Shown here in pieces: positions 1 to 9,827 of a stretch of DNA of 51,930 nucleotides. The notes under the pieces were generated by a model. The model did not search any database. It was given only the letters and a program-made list of their open reading frames with translations, and was not told the DNA's origin. The stretch spans positions 1-51,930 of IMG/VR virus record IMGVR_UViG_3300002092_000005, one strand, 5' to 3'. Origin of the DNA: a virus (lineage: Duplodnaviria; Caudoviricetes). Position numbers and translations under genes: made by a program. Position 1 is the stretch's first letter, and each line of letters begins with the position of its first letter.

Positions 1-236
1 AATAGATTTAGATATTCTTATTTCTGAAGAAATTAAAGGCGAAAACGATTTAAAAAGAAAAAAAATAAAGCTTTGTTTAAACAAAAAAAGCCTTGTAATT
101 CACACTTATAAGGTGCAAAGAAAAGGGCCAGGAATGGTAAGAACCAATGTCAATTGGTGTGGACTTCTTATTGATACTTATGAACAGAGAGTTAAAGAAC
201 GAAACGAAAGACGGAAGTTGGAAAGGGCAAAAAAAA

Positions 237-1889
237 ATGCTTAGGAAATATCAACAAGATGCGGTGGATTCGCTATTTCAATTTCAGAATGATCGCCCTG
301 GGCATTCATCTGTGATAGTGATTCCAACTGGTGGCGGGAAAACTAGAGTCATGGCTGAGATAATCAGACGATCATTTGAGGCCAATCCGAATTGCAGGGG
401 AATGATTCTCAGTCATGTTAAAGAATTGCTAGAGCAATCATCAAAAACTTGTACACATTATGCTACCACAACAGGACTTCCTGTTGAGTCAATTGGGGTT
501 TACTCCGCTGCTCTAAAACGCAGAGAAGTAAAACCTTTAACAATTGCTGGTATTCAAAGTGTGTACAGAAAGGGTGCTGACTTTGGCTATCTGGATTTCA
601 TTATGATTGATGAATGCCATTTGATTTCCCAGAACAAAGAAACGATGTATCGAAAGTTTTTGTCTCAGGCAAAGATTTCAAACTCCAGAGTAAAAGTTGT
701 TGGCTTAACTGCAACACCTTACAGACTTCAGAGCGGGATCATCTTTGGGCATAAAGAAAAGACTTTTGACAATTGTTGCTACGCAATTGGAGTGCGAGAT
801 CTGATTGACGAAGGATTTCTTTCTCCGTTAGTAACTATGGGTACAAGCGATTCACCTGACCTAAAAAATGTCAGAATTAGAGCGGGTGAATACTTCTCCA
901 AGGATCTTGATGCGATTCTTGAAAACGCTGACCTTGTTCAATCCAGCGTTAAAGAAGCCATCGTAAAAGCTTCTTCAAGAAAATCTGTCTTAGTGTTTGC
1001 CTCATCGATTAAACACGCTGAAATGATTCTTAATGAATTAAAGAAGCAGGGCCAATCGGCAAACATGATAACAGGCGAAACCCATTCAACGATCAGAGAC
1101 TTTTTGATCAACGGATTTCGGGCTAACAGTTTCAAATGGTTAGTAAATGTAGCTGTTCTTACCACAGGTTTTGATGCCCCTGGGATTGATTGCGTTGTGG
1201 TGATGAGGCCTACAATGAGCAAAGGTCTTTGGTATCAGATGGTAGGTAGGGGTTTCAGACTTGCTCCAGATAAAGAGAACTGTTTGATTCTTGATTTCGG
1301 TGATAACGCTCTCAGGCATGGTTGCATCGATCAGATCGTTGTTGATGCTCAAGGCATTGAACTTCCCGCAGCTAAAGTAAAGCGTTGTCCTTCTTGCAAT
1401 CTCATACACAGGATTGGCAATATCATTTGCCCTTCTTGCGGATACTTTAAGCCAAAGGAAGAAGAATCTTTATTCCCTGAGAAACTTTCTGCAAGCCAAA
1501 CCAATGGAGAAATACTTGCTGGAAGGCAACCCAAACAGTATGAAATAGTTGCTACTGGATACACGATCTATCGTAAAACTCCAGCATCTGATCCTTGCAT
1601 ACTCGAAACACACGAAACGCTCGAAGGCAAGCTAATTAGATGCTACCACTCTCTTAAGCATGGTTTGGAATTTATAGTTTGGAAATGGCTTAAGTCGATT
1701 GGTGCAAAAGGTTTACCAGACAAGCATTGGAATATGAATAAAGAAGGCTTGCAATCTCAGGAATGGTTAGATACTATTCCCAAACCAACTGCTATAAAAG
1801 CACACTTGAACGAAAAGGGGTACTATCAAATCGATAGTTACACCTTTCAAAGTACTAGAGTAATAAGCGGAGGAGTGGCGAAAGGGTGA
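237..1889 (+). CDS. Superfamily 2 DEAD/DEAH-box helicase (YejH/RadD-like) with C-terminal Zn ribbon
   Basis: Q motif LRKYQ, Walker A PTGGGKT, DECH, TATP, LTTGFDAP, QMVGRGFR and CxxC..CxxC. Start moved to ATG 237 (MLRKYQ), which overlaps the upstream gene stop. Confidence 0.92.
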   Translation: MLRKYQQDAVDSLFQFQNDRPGHSSVIVIPTGGGKTRVMAEIIRRSFEANPNCRGMILSHVKELLEQSSKTCTHYATTTGLPVESIGVYSAALKRREVKPLTIAGIQSVYRKGADFGYLDFIMIDECHLISQNKETMYRKFLSQAKISNSRVKVVGLTATPYRLQSGIIFGHKEKTFDNCCYAIGVRDLIDEGFLSPLVTMGTSDSPDLKNVRIRAGEYFSKDLDAILENADLVQSSVKEAIVKASSRKSVLVFASSIKHAEMILNELKKQGQSANMITGETHSTIRDFLINGFRANSFKWLVNVAVLTTGFDAPGIDCVVVMRPTMSKGLWYQMVGRGFRLAPDKENCLILDFGDNALRHGCIDQIVVDAQGIELPAAKVKRCPSCNLIHRIGNIICPSCGYFKPKEEESLFPEKLSASQTNGEILAGRQPKQYEIVATGYTIYRKTPASDPCILETHETLEGKLIRCYHSLKHGLEFIVWKWLKSIGAKGLPDKHWNMNKEGLQSQEWLDTIPKPTAIKAHLNEKGYYQIDSYTFQSTRVISGGVAKG

Positions 1890-1926
1890 AACCACTCCCC
1901 CTGTGCTGGGAGGAAGCGGCCCAGCA
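1872..1926 (+). other. Tandem hairpins between helicase and primase
   Basis: ggagtgg(1872-1878)/ccactcc(1892-1898) and tgctggg(1904-1910)/cccagca(1920-1926); no U tract follows. Confidence 0.45.
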
Positions 1927-1974
1927 TCATTATCTTAACTAATTTAACCACAAAATCAAAGGAATAGGTGTGCC

Positions 1975-4485
1975 TTGGAAGAAATTAAAAAACAGGCTTT
2001 GCGGGTTCGTGGACAGGGGTTATCGGTGTTCTCAACCAAGGTTGATAAAACACCAGTAATTAAGCGAACTAATCGAATAGTTGAACTTCGAGCTAACCCA
2101 CTATCTGAACTTGAAATTGAGATAGATTTCAGCCATGCAAATGTAGCAGGGATAGCTATAAATTGTGGCCCAGTTGTGGGCAAAGAAAAGGACTTGGAAT
2201 GCCTTGATATCGACTGCCCAAAAGTGGCATTAGATTTCCTTCCTGACTTGGAAGCAACCAGTAAGGAACTACACGATAAACTTTGTGGATGCGTTGAAAC
2301 CACACCATCTGAAGGTTTACACATCTTCTATTACCTTCCATTGGGTAAATCAAAGTGTCGTGAACTAGCGGTAATGTCTACGGATAATGGCAAGAAGTGG
2401 TTAGCCGAAGCAAAGGCTAAAGGATCTACCAAAAAGGTTGCCCCACCATTGATTGAAACAAGGGGTGCGGGTGGATATGTGGTTGGATTCTATTCTCAGG
2501 CAGTCTCAAAAATTGATGGATTAGTTAAGCCATATAAAATGTTGCATGGTGATGTTTCAACTATCCCAATGCTTACCGCTGATGAGCATGAATTTCTAAT
2601 GTCATTTGCTCAGTCATATGATCAGAAAGCAGCAAAGAGATTCATCGAACTTAACAAAGAACCTTACCAGCATAAAGAAATAGGAAAGAAGACAGCGTTG
2701 GATCAATGGCGAGCGGAAACTTCATGGCCCGAAATTCTTCCAGACTCTTACCGAGTGGTTGAAGTCAGGCATGATTACTTCATGGTATGGCATCCAGATT
2801 CGTCAGGCAGAGAACCTAACGCAATTGCAGGGTGCAAAAATGGTGGCATGGATCGCTATTGGAATTTCAGTCCATTGGACTGGAGATTAAGTCCAAACAT
2901 ACCTTTGACTAAAGATTATGTTTACTGCATGAGTCGAGGTTGGCAACCAGGGAGTAGAGAATGGAAAACATTTTACGCACAGGTGTTTGCTAAGTATTCG
3001 ATAGATAAAATTGAAGATGAACCTGTGAATGAATCTAGGTGGGATTTCCTTGAAACAACAAAGTCAGGCAAAGTTAAACAAGTCAGAACTGTAGACATTG
3101 TTCCTGACGATGCCATTTCATTTCCTGGTTGGATCGACACATACATTGACTACTGCATGAGGAACGCATTGTATCCAGAGAAGCGAATTGCTGCTGCATC
3201 TGCATTAGGTATGTTTTCCGCTCTGGTGGGAAGATCCATCATGGGGCCGAATGAACTCAAGCTTAACCTATACATTGTGGTGCTTGGCTTGACAGCTTCG
3301 GGCAAAGATTTCCCACGAAAATTGAACGCTAGAATCTGTATGGAAATTGATAACGCAAGCTTGCTAATGACGAAGGTAGGTTCAAGAGAAGGTCTTGAAG
3401 AGAAGGTGATTCAAGGCCCGAAATTCCTTATGGCAGACGAAGGTGCATTTGATCTTGAGAAAGCTAAATCGGGTGATACAAGGTTCAACGATGTAATGGG
3501 AACGATGCTAGAACTGTTTACATCGAACTACATTAAGAGAAGAGCTAAAGCGGGTGATGCGGATTCAGAAAACTTTATTCGCTATCCATTCCTTTCCATT
3601 ATGACTTCATCAACTCCCGAAGAATATTTCAAGGCACTATCACCTAAGATGCTTCGGTCAGGTTTCTACAATCGCTTGCTAATTCTCCAATCTGCAATCA
3701 GAGGCAGAATGAATCTTCGGGGAATGTCAGTATCAGAACCAATTCCAGAATACTTGGTAGAGGTTGCTGCACGATTGATTGCCATGAATGAAAACCTTGT
3801 GCCTGGGGTGATTAAGGAATTTATGGCAGATACTAAGCTTGATGCACTTGGAAATGCTCCACTTAATCAGATTGAAAGGGATTCAAAAATACTTCTTCTT
3901 GATGAAGATGCGTTAGAGTTTTTTCAAACCCAAGTGTGGGAAAACGATGACCTTTATTCTAAATATCAGAAGAACAGCGAAGAAGAAAAAGCATCTTCAT
4001 GTGCCAGACTTCCTGAGTTAGCTTTGAAAATAGCTTGCCTGTGGGAACTTAGCCAAGACATAAACGCTGACACAATTTCTCTAGCTGGTGTAATGGCTGG
4101 ATTTAAATTTGTTCGTGAGGTTAACAAAAGACAAACTGCTAATACAGTTATGGTGAGCGATACTAAGTTCGGTGAAATCACGGATAAGCTACTAAACATG
4201 ATCAAGGATTCACTAAACGAAATCGAACCAGATGTGTATGGTGTAAAGATGATTGATGCTAAAAGGCATCTCAGGAAGATCGTACACAGCGGGCAATCGG
4301 TTGATGATGCAATCCGATATCTTCAAGATTGCGGTGAAATTTCAATCAGAAAAAGCCGAGATGCTAATGGTGCTGGCTCAATGTATATTGTTATAAATGA
4401 GCAAACACCACAGAGCATGATTGAAACAGTTATCGAAAAAAGGATTCCTAAAGATGGCCAATCACCTTCTCAATCCCAATCCTAG
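1975..4485 (+). CDS. Bifunctional primase-polymerase with C-terminal DUF3987-like helicase domain
   Basis: N-terminal prim-pol motifs (GIAINCG, LDIDC, TPSEGLHIFY, IETRGAGGYVV). C-terminal NLYIVVLGLTASGKD, DEG and SGFYNRLL. Confidence 0.85.
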   Translation: MEEIKKQALRVRGQGLSVFSTKVDKTPVIKRTNRIVELRANPLSELEIEIDFSHANVAGIAINCGPVVGKEKDLECLDIDCPKVALDFLPDLEATSKELHDKLCGCVETTPSEGLHIFYYLPLGKSKCRELAVMSTDNGKKWLAEAKAKGSTKKVAPPLIETRGAGGYVVGFYSQAVSKIDGLVKPYKMLHGDVSTIPMLTADEHEFLMSFAQSYDQKAAKRFIELNKEPYQHKEIGKKTALDQWRAETSWPEILPDSYRVVEVRHDYFMVWHPDSSGREPNAIAGCKNGGMDRYWNFSPLDWRLSPNIPLTKDYVYCMSRGWQPGSREWKTFYAQVFAKYSIDKIEDEPVNESRWDFLETTKSGKVKQVRTVDIVPDDAISFPGWIDTYIDYCMRNALYPEKRIAAASALGMFSALVGRSIMGPNELKLNLYIVVLGLTASGKDFPRKLNARICMEIDNASLLMTKVGSREGLEEKVIQGPKFLMADEGAFDLEKAKSGDTRFNDVMGTMLELFTSNYIKRRAKAGDADSENFIRYPFLSIMTSSTPEEYFKALSPKMLRSGFYNRLLILQSAIRGRMNLRGMSVSEPIPEYLVEVAARLIAMNENLVPGVIKEFMADTKLDALGNAPLNQIERDSKILLLDEDALEFFQTQVWENDDLYSKYQKNSEEEKASSCARLPELALKIACLWELSQDINADTISLAGVMAGFKFVREVNKRQTANTVMVSDTKFGEITDKLLNMIKDSLNEIEPDVYGVKMIDAKRHLRKIVHSGQSVDDAIRYLQDCGEISIRKSRDANGAGSMYIVINEQTPQSMIETVIEKRIPKDGQSPSQSQS

Positions 4486-6028
4486 GAATCGACATAAGGG
4501 CTAAGTTAAAAGCATCTGCAAGGTCAGGAGAGTGTTTGAGTCTACGCTTCATCATGTCTTTAGACTCGACCACTCTTCTTCCGTTCGTATCCACAATGTA
4601 TACAGGTGTTCTGAGTTCTTCCATCATCCTCTCACGCATATGAAGCGGAAGATGCCCGATTGAAACTTTACCTTCCATAGCTAATTCTGCTGCCTCAAAC
4701 CAGAGAGCGGATCTCATATTCGGGAACTCCCGCCACCTTGGTGCTTCACCAGATGAATTAATGCCATAGAACATATAGTCACCCTTGTTATCGACCACAC
4801 CACCACCAACACCACCCTCATCAATAAGCACAGGGATCTTGTATTGTGATTGCCTTGGGTTCTCATATTTTTGGCAATACTCTTTAATCTTTTCTGCGAA
4901 CTCTTTGGTAGACAATCCACGATACTCCTTCGCATCTATGATGCAGCATCCATGCCTGACAACTAAACAGGATCTATCGTCACCGAACCTTGCAGGGTCA
5001 GCACCGATCTGAACAACCCAATCTTTATTGAGCGGAATTGGATCAAGAATTTGTTTAAGTGCCAAAGCACCCCATACCGAGTTGATCGCCTTACTAGGGT
5101 ATCTTCCCAAAACTTGGATATCAAACAGCGGATCTTCAACCATGTAGTTGTGATCATTGAATGTGAAAAACCCTGGCTCAGATTCTTCACCTTCTCTAGC
5201 GGTTCTGCATTCGTTTTTAATGCGGTTCTCTACATACTCATAGTTAATAGCACCTGGAACAAGATCAGCTTTAAAAGCAACATTAGGATGGTCTAAAGCA
5301 GACAGGTGGAACACTTTCCAGTCAGGAGAATTTTCAGCAAAGTATGCTGGTGATGAAGCATCGTATGGGTTAAATATGCAGAACCATAAACAATTCTCTT
5401 TTGATGCTGAAAGCATCGACTCTGCTCGTTCCCAGAATGTGGGTTCAATACCAGATGCTTCGTCAAACAAGATGCACAAACCACCAGCGGAGTGTCTACC
5501 TTGGAACGCATCAGCCTTTTGAGCAGTAAGTCCTTGAATGTAATGCGAGGGATTCTTTTCCAATCGATTTGCCTTGGGCATCCAATTTGGATCTCTTGGT
5601 CTAACCCTGCGTAGTTCTTTGAACACACCATCTTTAATCTGTTGGGCAACAGGTGCTGATATCAAAACTTCTGATGGGGTAAAGTGATCGTGAAACCAAC
5701 TAGCAATAACAGCACACAAAAAAGTTTTGCCTTGGTTATGTGCTGACCTGACCAAAATTTTTCTTTCACCATTGGCAACGGAATTAAATATCTCCATCTG
5801 TTGCGGAGTCAGGGTTATTCCGAGGTATTCGCAATACTCCCCTGGGTCTTTCGGAATCACTATAGTCTTCTGATTCTCCCGATTCACCCTCTTGACTTCT
5901 TGGATCTCCGAAAGCTTCCCCTGCAACGCTGGACTCGATAAGACCTTTTGCCATTTCTTTTGCAAGTTGTTTGTTGAGAAGTTTTTGGAGTTCTTGCTCA
6001 TCGTTTCGTTCCTTATTATTTCGTTCAA
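4448..6028 (-). CDS. terL: Terminase large subunit (true start uncertain, possibly downstream of 6028)
   Basis: Walker A SAHNQGKT, Walker B ILFDEA, nuclease motifs GADPARFGDD, IDEGGVGGG and ESKDMMKRR..SPDLADAF. Confidence 0.92.
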   Translation of the reverse strand: MNEIIRNETMSKNSKNFSTNNLQKKWQKVLSSPALQGKLSEIQEVKRVNRENQKTIVIPKDPGEYCEYLGITLTPQQMEIFNSVANGERKILVRSAHNQGKTFLCAVIASWFHDHFTPSEVLISAPVAQQIKDGVFKELRRVRPRDPNWMPKANRLEKNPSHYIQGLTAQKADAFQGRHSAGGLCILFDEASGIEPTFWERAESMLSASKENCLWFCIFNPYDASSPAYFAENSPDWKVFHLSALDHPNVAFKADLVPGAINYEYVENRIKNECRTAREGEESEPGFFTFNDHNYMVEDPLFDIQVLGRYPSKAINSVWGALALKQILDPIPLNKDWVVQIGADPARFGDDRSCLVVRHGCCIIDAKEYRGLSTKEFAEKIKEYCQKYENPRQSQYKIPVLIDEGGVGGGVVDNKGDYMFYGINSSGEAPRWREFPNMRSALWFEAAELAMEGKVSIGHLPLHMRERMMEELRTPVYIVDTNGRRVVESKDMMKRRLKHSPDLADAFNLALMSIPRIGIEKVIGHL

Positions 6029-6242
6029 TTATCCATTGCATGGCTCGCCAATCCTCAGCCCCATGTTCATGGATAACCTGTTGCATAGCAATGGTTGCCT
6101 GTGCTTTCGCCTTAATCATCTCCTTCTTGTGCCAAGGCTCAAGATCCCTTTTGGAGATTCCAAAGGCTTTCATTGCTAGTTTGAGGTCAATTCCCCTCTG
6201 GATGTTTTCCAGCATTTCATAGAAACTATCTGAATCTATCAT
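5784..6242 (-). CDS. Probable terminase small subunit
   Basis: Immediately upstream of and overlapping terL. N-terminal HTH-like segment and DWRAMQWIIER motif typical of TerS-like proteins. Confidence 0.6.
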   Translation of the reverse strand: MIDSDSFYEMLENIQRGIDLKLAMKAFGISKRDLEPWHKKEMIKAKAQATIAMQQVIHEHGAEDWRAMQWIIERNNKERNDEQELQKLLNKQLAKEMAKGLIESSVAGEAFGDPRSQEGESGESEDYSDSERPRGVLRIPRNNPDSATDGDI

Positions 6243-6430
6243 GATTTTGGAAACTCCTTGCCCCCTGGAAATTCAACATTTTCGGGTGTTTCTGGGTCGA
6301 TCAGCATTCTCATAAGCTCAAGTGTCTCAGAGATATAGATCAAACTTGCTGCTATTGATTGAGAAGGCTTTCCTTTTTCATAGGCAGCAATGGCTTCTAC
6401 CATCCAATCCGCTCCAGCTTTACTTAACAT
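6239..6430 (-). CDS. Hypothetical protein (63 aa, MLSKAGADW...)
   Basis: ATG at 6430 preceded by GAAAGGA. Its stop overlaps the TerS ATG. The longer 160-aa track call overlaps an opposite-strand gene. Confidence 0.6.
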   Translation of the reverse strand: MLSKAGADWMVEAIAAYEKGKPSQSIAASLIYISETLELMRMLIDPETPENVEFPGGKEFPKS

Positions 6431-6497
6431 ATTGCATCCTTTCAAAAACAAGGTAAAATAGGTAACAGTATTATAGCAAAAAGCAAGAGGAATTTCG

Positions 6498-7013
6498 ATG
6501 GCAGATTTACTTGGAGCTATAGAAAAGCTTAAAAGATTATTGCAAGATAGAACTAGAAGAGTTGCTAGGGCTACTGGCATGAGTCCTGACCCAGATATTA
6601 GCACCACTAGCGAGTCGGTTTTATACACACCTCCTTCTAGGTGGATGAAGTCTCTTGAATATTTTCCAATGGCTAAAGCTCCGTCAGGTTCGGTTATAAT
6701 GAAAGCAAGAGGCCCAGACATTGGATATATTTACCCAAGGGTAGGGAAGGCTACTTTTAATAAATGGGTGGCAAATAACTGGAGAGGTGGCTTCATATAC
6801 TGGTATGCTAGTCCAACATTAAAAGATTATTCTATAATAGCAAGAACAAGCGGTTCAAAAGCTAGGAAATCAACAGGAAGAGCATCTGCATGGGCATTCT
6901 TAAAAAACAAGAGAAGAAAGAATCTTAAAGCAAGGGTTATGAGAGGGCCACAGGCTGGTAATTTACCATCCCATGTTTTATCAAGGGCAAAAAAAGTTTA
7001 CCACACTCCATAG
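6498..7013 (+). CDS. Basic protein with a possible divergent KTSC-like domain
   Basis: SD AGAGG. Segment SRWMKSLEY...YIYPRV....NKW....GGFIY...LKDY follows KTSC spacing by eye; very basic C-terminus. Confidence 0.5.
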   Translation: MADLLGAIEKLKRLLQDRTRRVARATGMSPDPDISTTSESVLYTPPSRWMKSLEYFPMAKAPSGSVIMKARGPDIGYIYPRVGKATFNKWVANNWRGGFIYWYASPTLKDYSIIARTSGSKARKSTGRASAWAFLKNKRRKNLKARVMRGPQAGNLPSHVLSRAKKVYHTP

Positions 7014-7021
7014 GAGAAACA

Positions 7022-7327
7022 ATGTACCTAAATCCATACTATCGCCATATACAAGAGATGAAACGATTTTATGTCGAATCCATTACCAAGGAAGACATGG
7101 CCATTGTAAAGAGTTGCCTAGTAAGAAAAATTCGGGGTGGCAACATGAAAGCGGTAGAACTGTTTATGAAATTCACCGAATGGCAAAAAGAACTTGATGC
7201 AGCAGCAGATGCTAGACATGAAATTCAAACCATCATGGGTTCACCTACGGATGGTCTAATGAAATCGCTTCGCCCTGGGTCGATGGAAATTTCTACTGGG
7301 CAACTTGAACAAAAGAAACAAGCTTGA
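7022..7327 (+). CDS. Hypothetical helical protein
   Basis: SD AGGAG. LVRKIRGGNMKAVELF resembles helical motifs of TerS-associated proteins. Confidence 0.6.
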   Translation: MYLNPYYRHIQEMKRFYVESITKEDMAIVKSCLVRKIRGGNMKAVELFMKFTEWQKELDAAADARHEIQTIMGSPTDGLMKSLRPGSMEISTGQLEQKKQA

Positions 7328-7338
7328 TATATTAACAT

Positions 7339-7432
7339 TGTCCGAGTGGAGCTAGGGCTTGTTTTAGCAATTTCCTGAGACGAATTTCACCCGAAGTAGA
7401 ATTGCGACAGGGTGAAAAGTTTCATTCGGACA
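7339..7432 (+). ncRNA. Candidate structured RNA (three-way junction)
   Basis: 15-bp closing stem 7339-7353/7418-7432 with 3 G-U pairs, imperfect stem 7354-7376, perfect stem 7385-7392/7410-7417, and 8-nt junction GAGACGAA. Confidence 0.5.
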
Positions 7433-7434
7433 TC

Positions 7435-8346
7435 TTAATCTTGAACAATATAAGCAGTAAATTCTGATGATGCTATTGGATCTTTACCTTCTGGTATATA
7501 TCCAGCATTAAAACTAAAAACAACGCTTTGATATGCTTTGACAATTACCGATCCACGAACAAGTCCTGTTCTTCTGTTTGCTGATCCTTGTTGGTAACCA
7601 TTAATTGCCATAGATGCAGTTGCACCAACCTTGTCAGGGTCATTAACTTCGTAATAGTAATAAAGCTTGCCATTACTCCCAGATATAAAATTCATGTATT
7701 TAGTTGTTCCATCACTAAGCATAGTTATTTTCAATCTCGTTGTTTCTCCTTCAAGACCGCTTCCAGTATAAGTTCCAGCATAAGAACCTGTTCCTGTTTG
7801 ATTTAAAAATGAAATTCCAGCGGGTGGAATTGGAGACGGAGTAGGAGTTGGGGTTGGGGTTGGGGTTGGTGCAGAATTTCCAATTGTGTCTACCATTATT
7901 GCTGGAATAGTTTGGTCAGAATCAAAATCAACAAAAAATGTTTCACCAGAAACTAAAGAAACAACTGAGGTGTAATCATAATAACCAATTAATCTGTCGC
8001 TAACACTACTGTTGTAAATTATAAGATATCTGAAAGGGCCAAAGAATTCATGCTCTGGGCAATTAAAAGTAAGGTTTTTAAAAAACAAACTGTATACACC
8101 TTCTTTTACAAAGTACTTTACTTTTTCTAATGTGTATCCTCCATTTGGATAGGAATAACTCCCAAATGGTTCTATAAAATCGGTGCTGTTCCAATTTGTT
8201 TTATTAAGAGGTATAGGTAAATAAACTTGCTCAAGATAATCATATTCGCCAGATGATAAAGCCATCTTTAAAACATCTGTTTCTAGATTATGCAGATTAT
8301 TAGAAAAATCTGTTTCAAAACAAGAAAATGGGATTAATGTTGCCAT
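7435..8346 (-). CDS. Virion/tail-associated protein with Pro-Thr linker and C-terminal beta domain
   Basis: N-terminal domain (HNLETDVLKMAL...GGYTL...GPFRYLIIYN...LIGYYDY...GETF) of a kind common in phage tail regions, followed by a PTPTPT linker. Confidence 0.65.
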   Translation of the reverse strand: MATLIPFSCFETDFSNNLHNLETDVLKMALSSGEYDYLEQVYLPIPLNKTNWNSTDFIEPFGSYSYPNGGYTLEKVKYFVKEGVYSLFFKNLTFNCPEHEFFGPFRYLIIYNSSVSDRLIGYYDYTSVVSLVSGETFFVDFDSDQTIPAIMVDTIGNSAPTPTPTPTPTPSPIPPAGISFLNQTGTGSYAGTYTGSGLEGETTRLKITMLSDGTTKYMNFISGSNGKLYYYYEVNDPDKVGATASMAINGYQQGSANRRTGLVRGSVIVKAYQSVVFSFNAGYIPEGKDPIASSEFTAYIVQD

Positions 8347-8361
8347 AAACAGTACACCTTA

Positions 8362-9825
8362 TTATTCGCCAGAATAGTCAGAACATTTCCAACATAATTG
8401 AACTTTTTCATCATTTCCAGACTGTCTACAAGTTTTGTATATTTTGCATTCGTGTAAAACGCTTCCACCGCACCCACACGAAGCAACTTTTTCTAAAGCC
8501 ATTCCTAGATTGATACAAGGTTTTTGTTTTATTTTTTGTATTTTTCTGACCATCTCTATAGCTTTAGATATATTTTTATCTTCGTTTTCGCTCTCTTTTT
8601 TGCGGTATTCAACTAAAGGATCTTTTAAATTTTCTTCAAAGCTAATAGATTGTACAACTTCTGGAACAGGATTTACTTGGCAATCCTCAATGATAGCTGT
8701 TGGAAATTCCATGCCATAAAATTGAAATACTGGATCATTAGTAAGAAGTCCAGAAAAGTCTGCTTGCATTATAAATGGATTTGCATATTTCAAAACAGTA
8801 ACAGCACCTTTTACCCAAGATCCATCTAAATATTTTGCAGCTACGCAAATAGAACCACCTTTAATAGTTTTTAAAATAACACGATAGCCTTGTGGTGACG
8901 AACCATACTGTATTCTTTGAATGTTTGAAGTAGGAGATTCATCTGGACAACCAACAGTAAGCATGGTTCGATCTGCTCGTTCACCAATGTCTGGCCCAAG
9001 TGCATAACCATCCCAATGTAAACATCCGCAGGTTGCACTATTTTCGCATTCAAACGCATTAACACCCATTTGAAACACGGCTGGAGGAAAAGAATTTTTA
9101 TCTTTAGGAGTAAGCAGACAAACTAAACATGAATATGACCTAGTAAATCCGTTTCTATTTGTAGTAAGATTACAAAGTCCATTTGAGTTTTGATAAGATG
9201 TAGAACAACCAAACACATATTTTTGAAGAGATAGTGTTGCTTTGACATATTTTACTTCTCCACCGCAATCTTCTTGATTAAAAGAAACTGCTGTCAAATC
9301 TGATTCATAACTATTGTAATCCGATTCGCTTGAAAAAACACCAACAGGTTTAAGAAGCATTGTTGTGCTGTTACAACCAACATAAGTAAGGTTTGGCATT
9401 AACCTAGAAGTAGATATAGTTAGACTTATTGCGGATGGAGATATAGCAACAACTGTTGCATCCATCTTTATTTTGTAACCTAAATTTGGGCCAAACTCAC
9501 CAGTATGTGAAGTAACAGTATCAATTGATCCAACCCATGTATTATTTCTTGGACTATCTTCATCGTAATCTGATGGGCAGTTTACTGATATTTGCCACAT
9601 ATTTGGAGCAAACAATCTTGTTCCAATTAGTTCTCCATTACAATCTTCTCTGTACATATTGTATATGACTTGCCCACTCATATACGCATCACCAAGATAG
9701 CAAACTAATGAACAATTTATATCAAAGTTTTTTGCTTCAACTGCATCTGGATCACACAAATTGTAACCAACTGTAGAAACATGATTTTTATGAAGAAGTG
9801 CTGTTCCATTGATTATATAAGCCAT
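8362..9825 (-). CDS. Cys-rich putative tail-tip protein
   Basis: 487-aa ORF in the late operon with a C-terminal Cys cluster (C...SCGCGG...EC...TC...CWKC). Confidence 0.6.
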   Translation of the reverse strand: MAYIINGTALLHKNHVSTVGYNLCDPDAVEAKNFDINCSLVCYLGDAYMSGQVIYNMYREDCNGELIGTRLFAPNMWQISVNCPSDYDEDSPRNNTWVGSIDTVTSHTGEFGPNLGYKIKMDATVVAISPSAISLTISTSRLMPNLTYVGCNSTTMLLKPVGVFSSESDYNSYESDLTAVSFNQEDCGGEVKYVKATLSLQKYVFGCSTSYQNSNGLCNLTTNRNGFTRSYSCLVCLLTPKDKNSFPPAVFQMGVNAFECENSATCGCLHWDGYALGPDIGERADRTMLTVGCPDESPTSNIQRIQYGSSPQGYRVILKTIKGGSICVAAKYLDGSWVKGAVTVLKYANPFIMQADFSGLLTNDPVFQFYGMEFPTAIIEDCQVNPVPEVVQSISFEENLKDPLVEYRKKESENEDKNISKAIEMVRKIQKIKQKPCINLGMALEKVASCGCGGSVLHECKIYKTCRQSGNDEKVQLCWKCSDYSGE

Positions 9826-9827
9826 TA

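Larger units (their letters stand above)
1..3473. repeat. Terminal direct repeat, copy 1 (3473 bp)
   Basis: ORFs recur with identical translations at a constant offset of 48457 (147 vs 48604, 1956 vs 50413, 2156 vs 50613). The window start aatagatttagat recurs at 48458 and the window end gctaaatcggg matches the sequence ending at 3473. Confidence 0.97.

Noticed and set aside
1900-1926. SRP-RNA-like GGAAG motif in a hairpin
   Set aside because: Too short and lacks the SRP helix-8 architecture.
6431-6721. N-terminal extension of the 160-aa minus ORF
   Set aside because: It is antisense to the 6498-7013 gene, and a good SD supports the start at 6430.
7374-7420. Hammerhead ribozyme (CTGAGA...GAAA)
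   Set aside because: The stems do not flank the core nucleotides in hammerhead topology, and GAAA is paired within a stem. Kept only as an unclassified RNA candidate.
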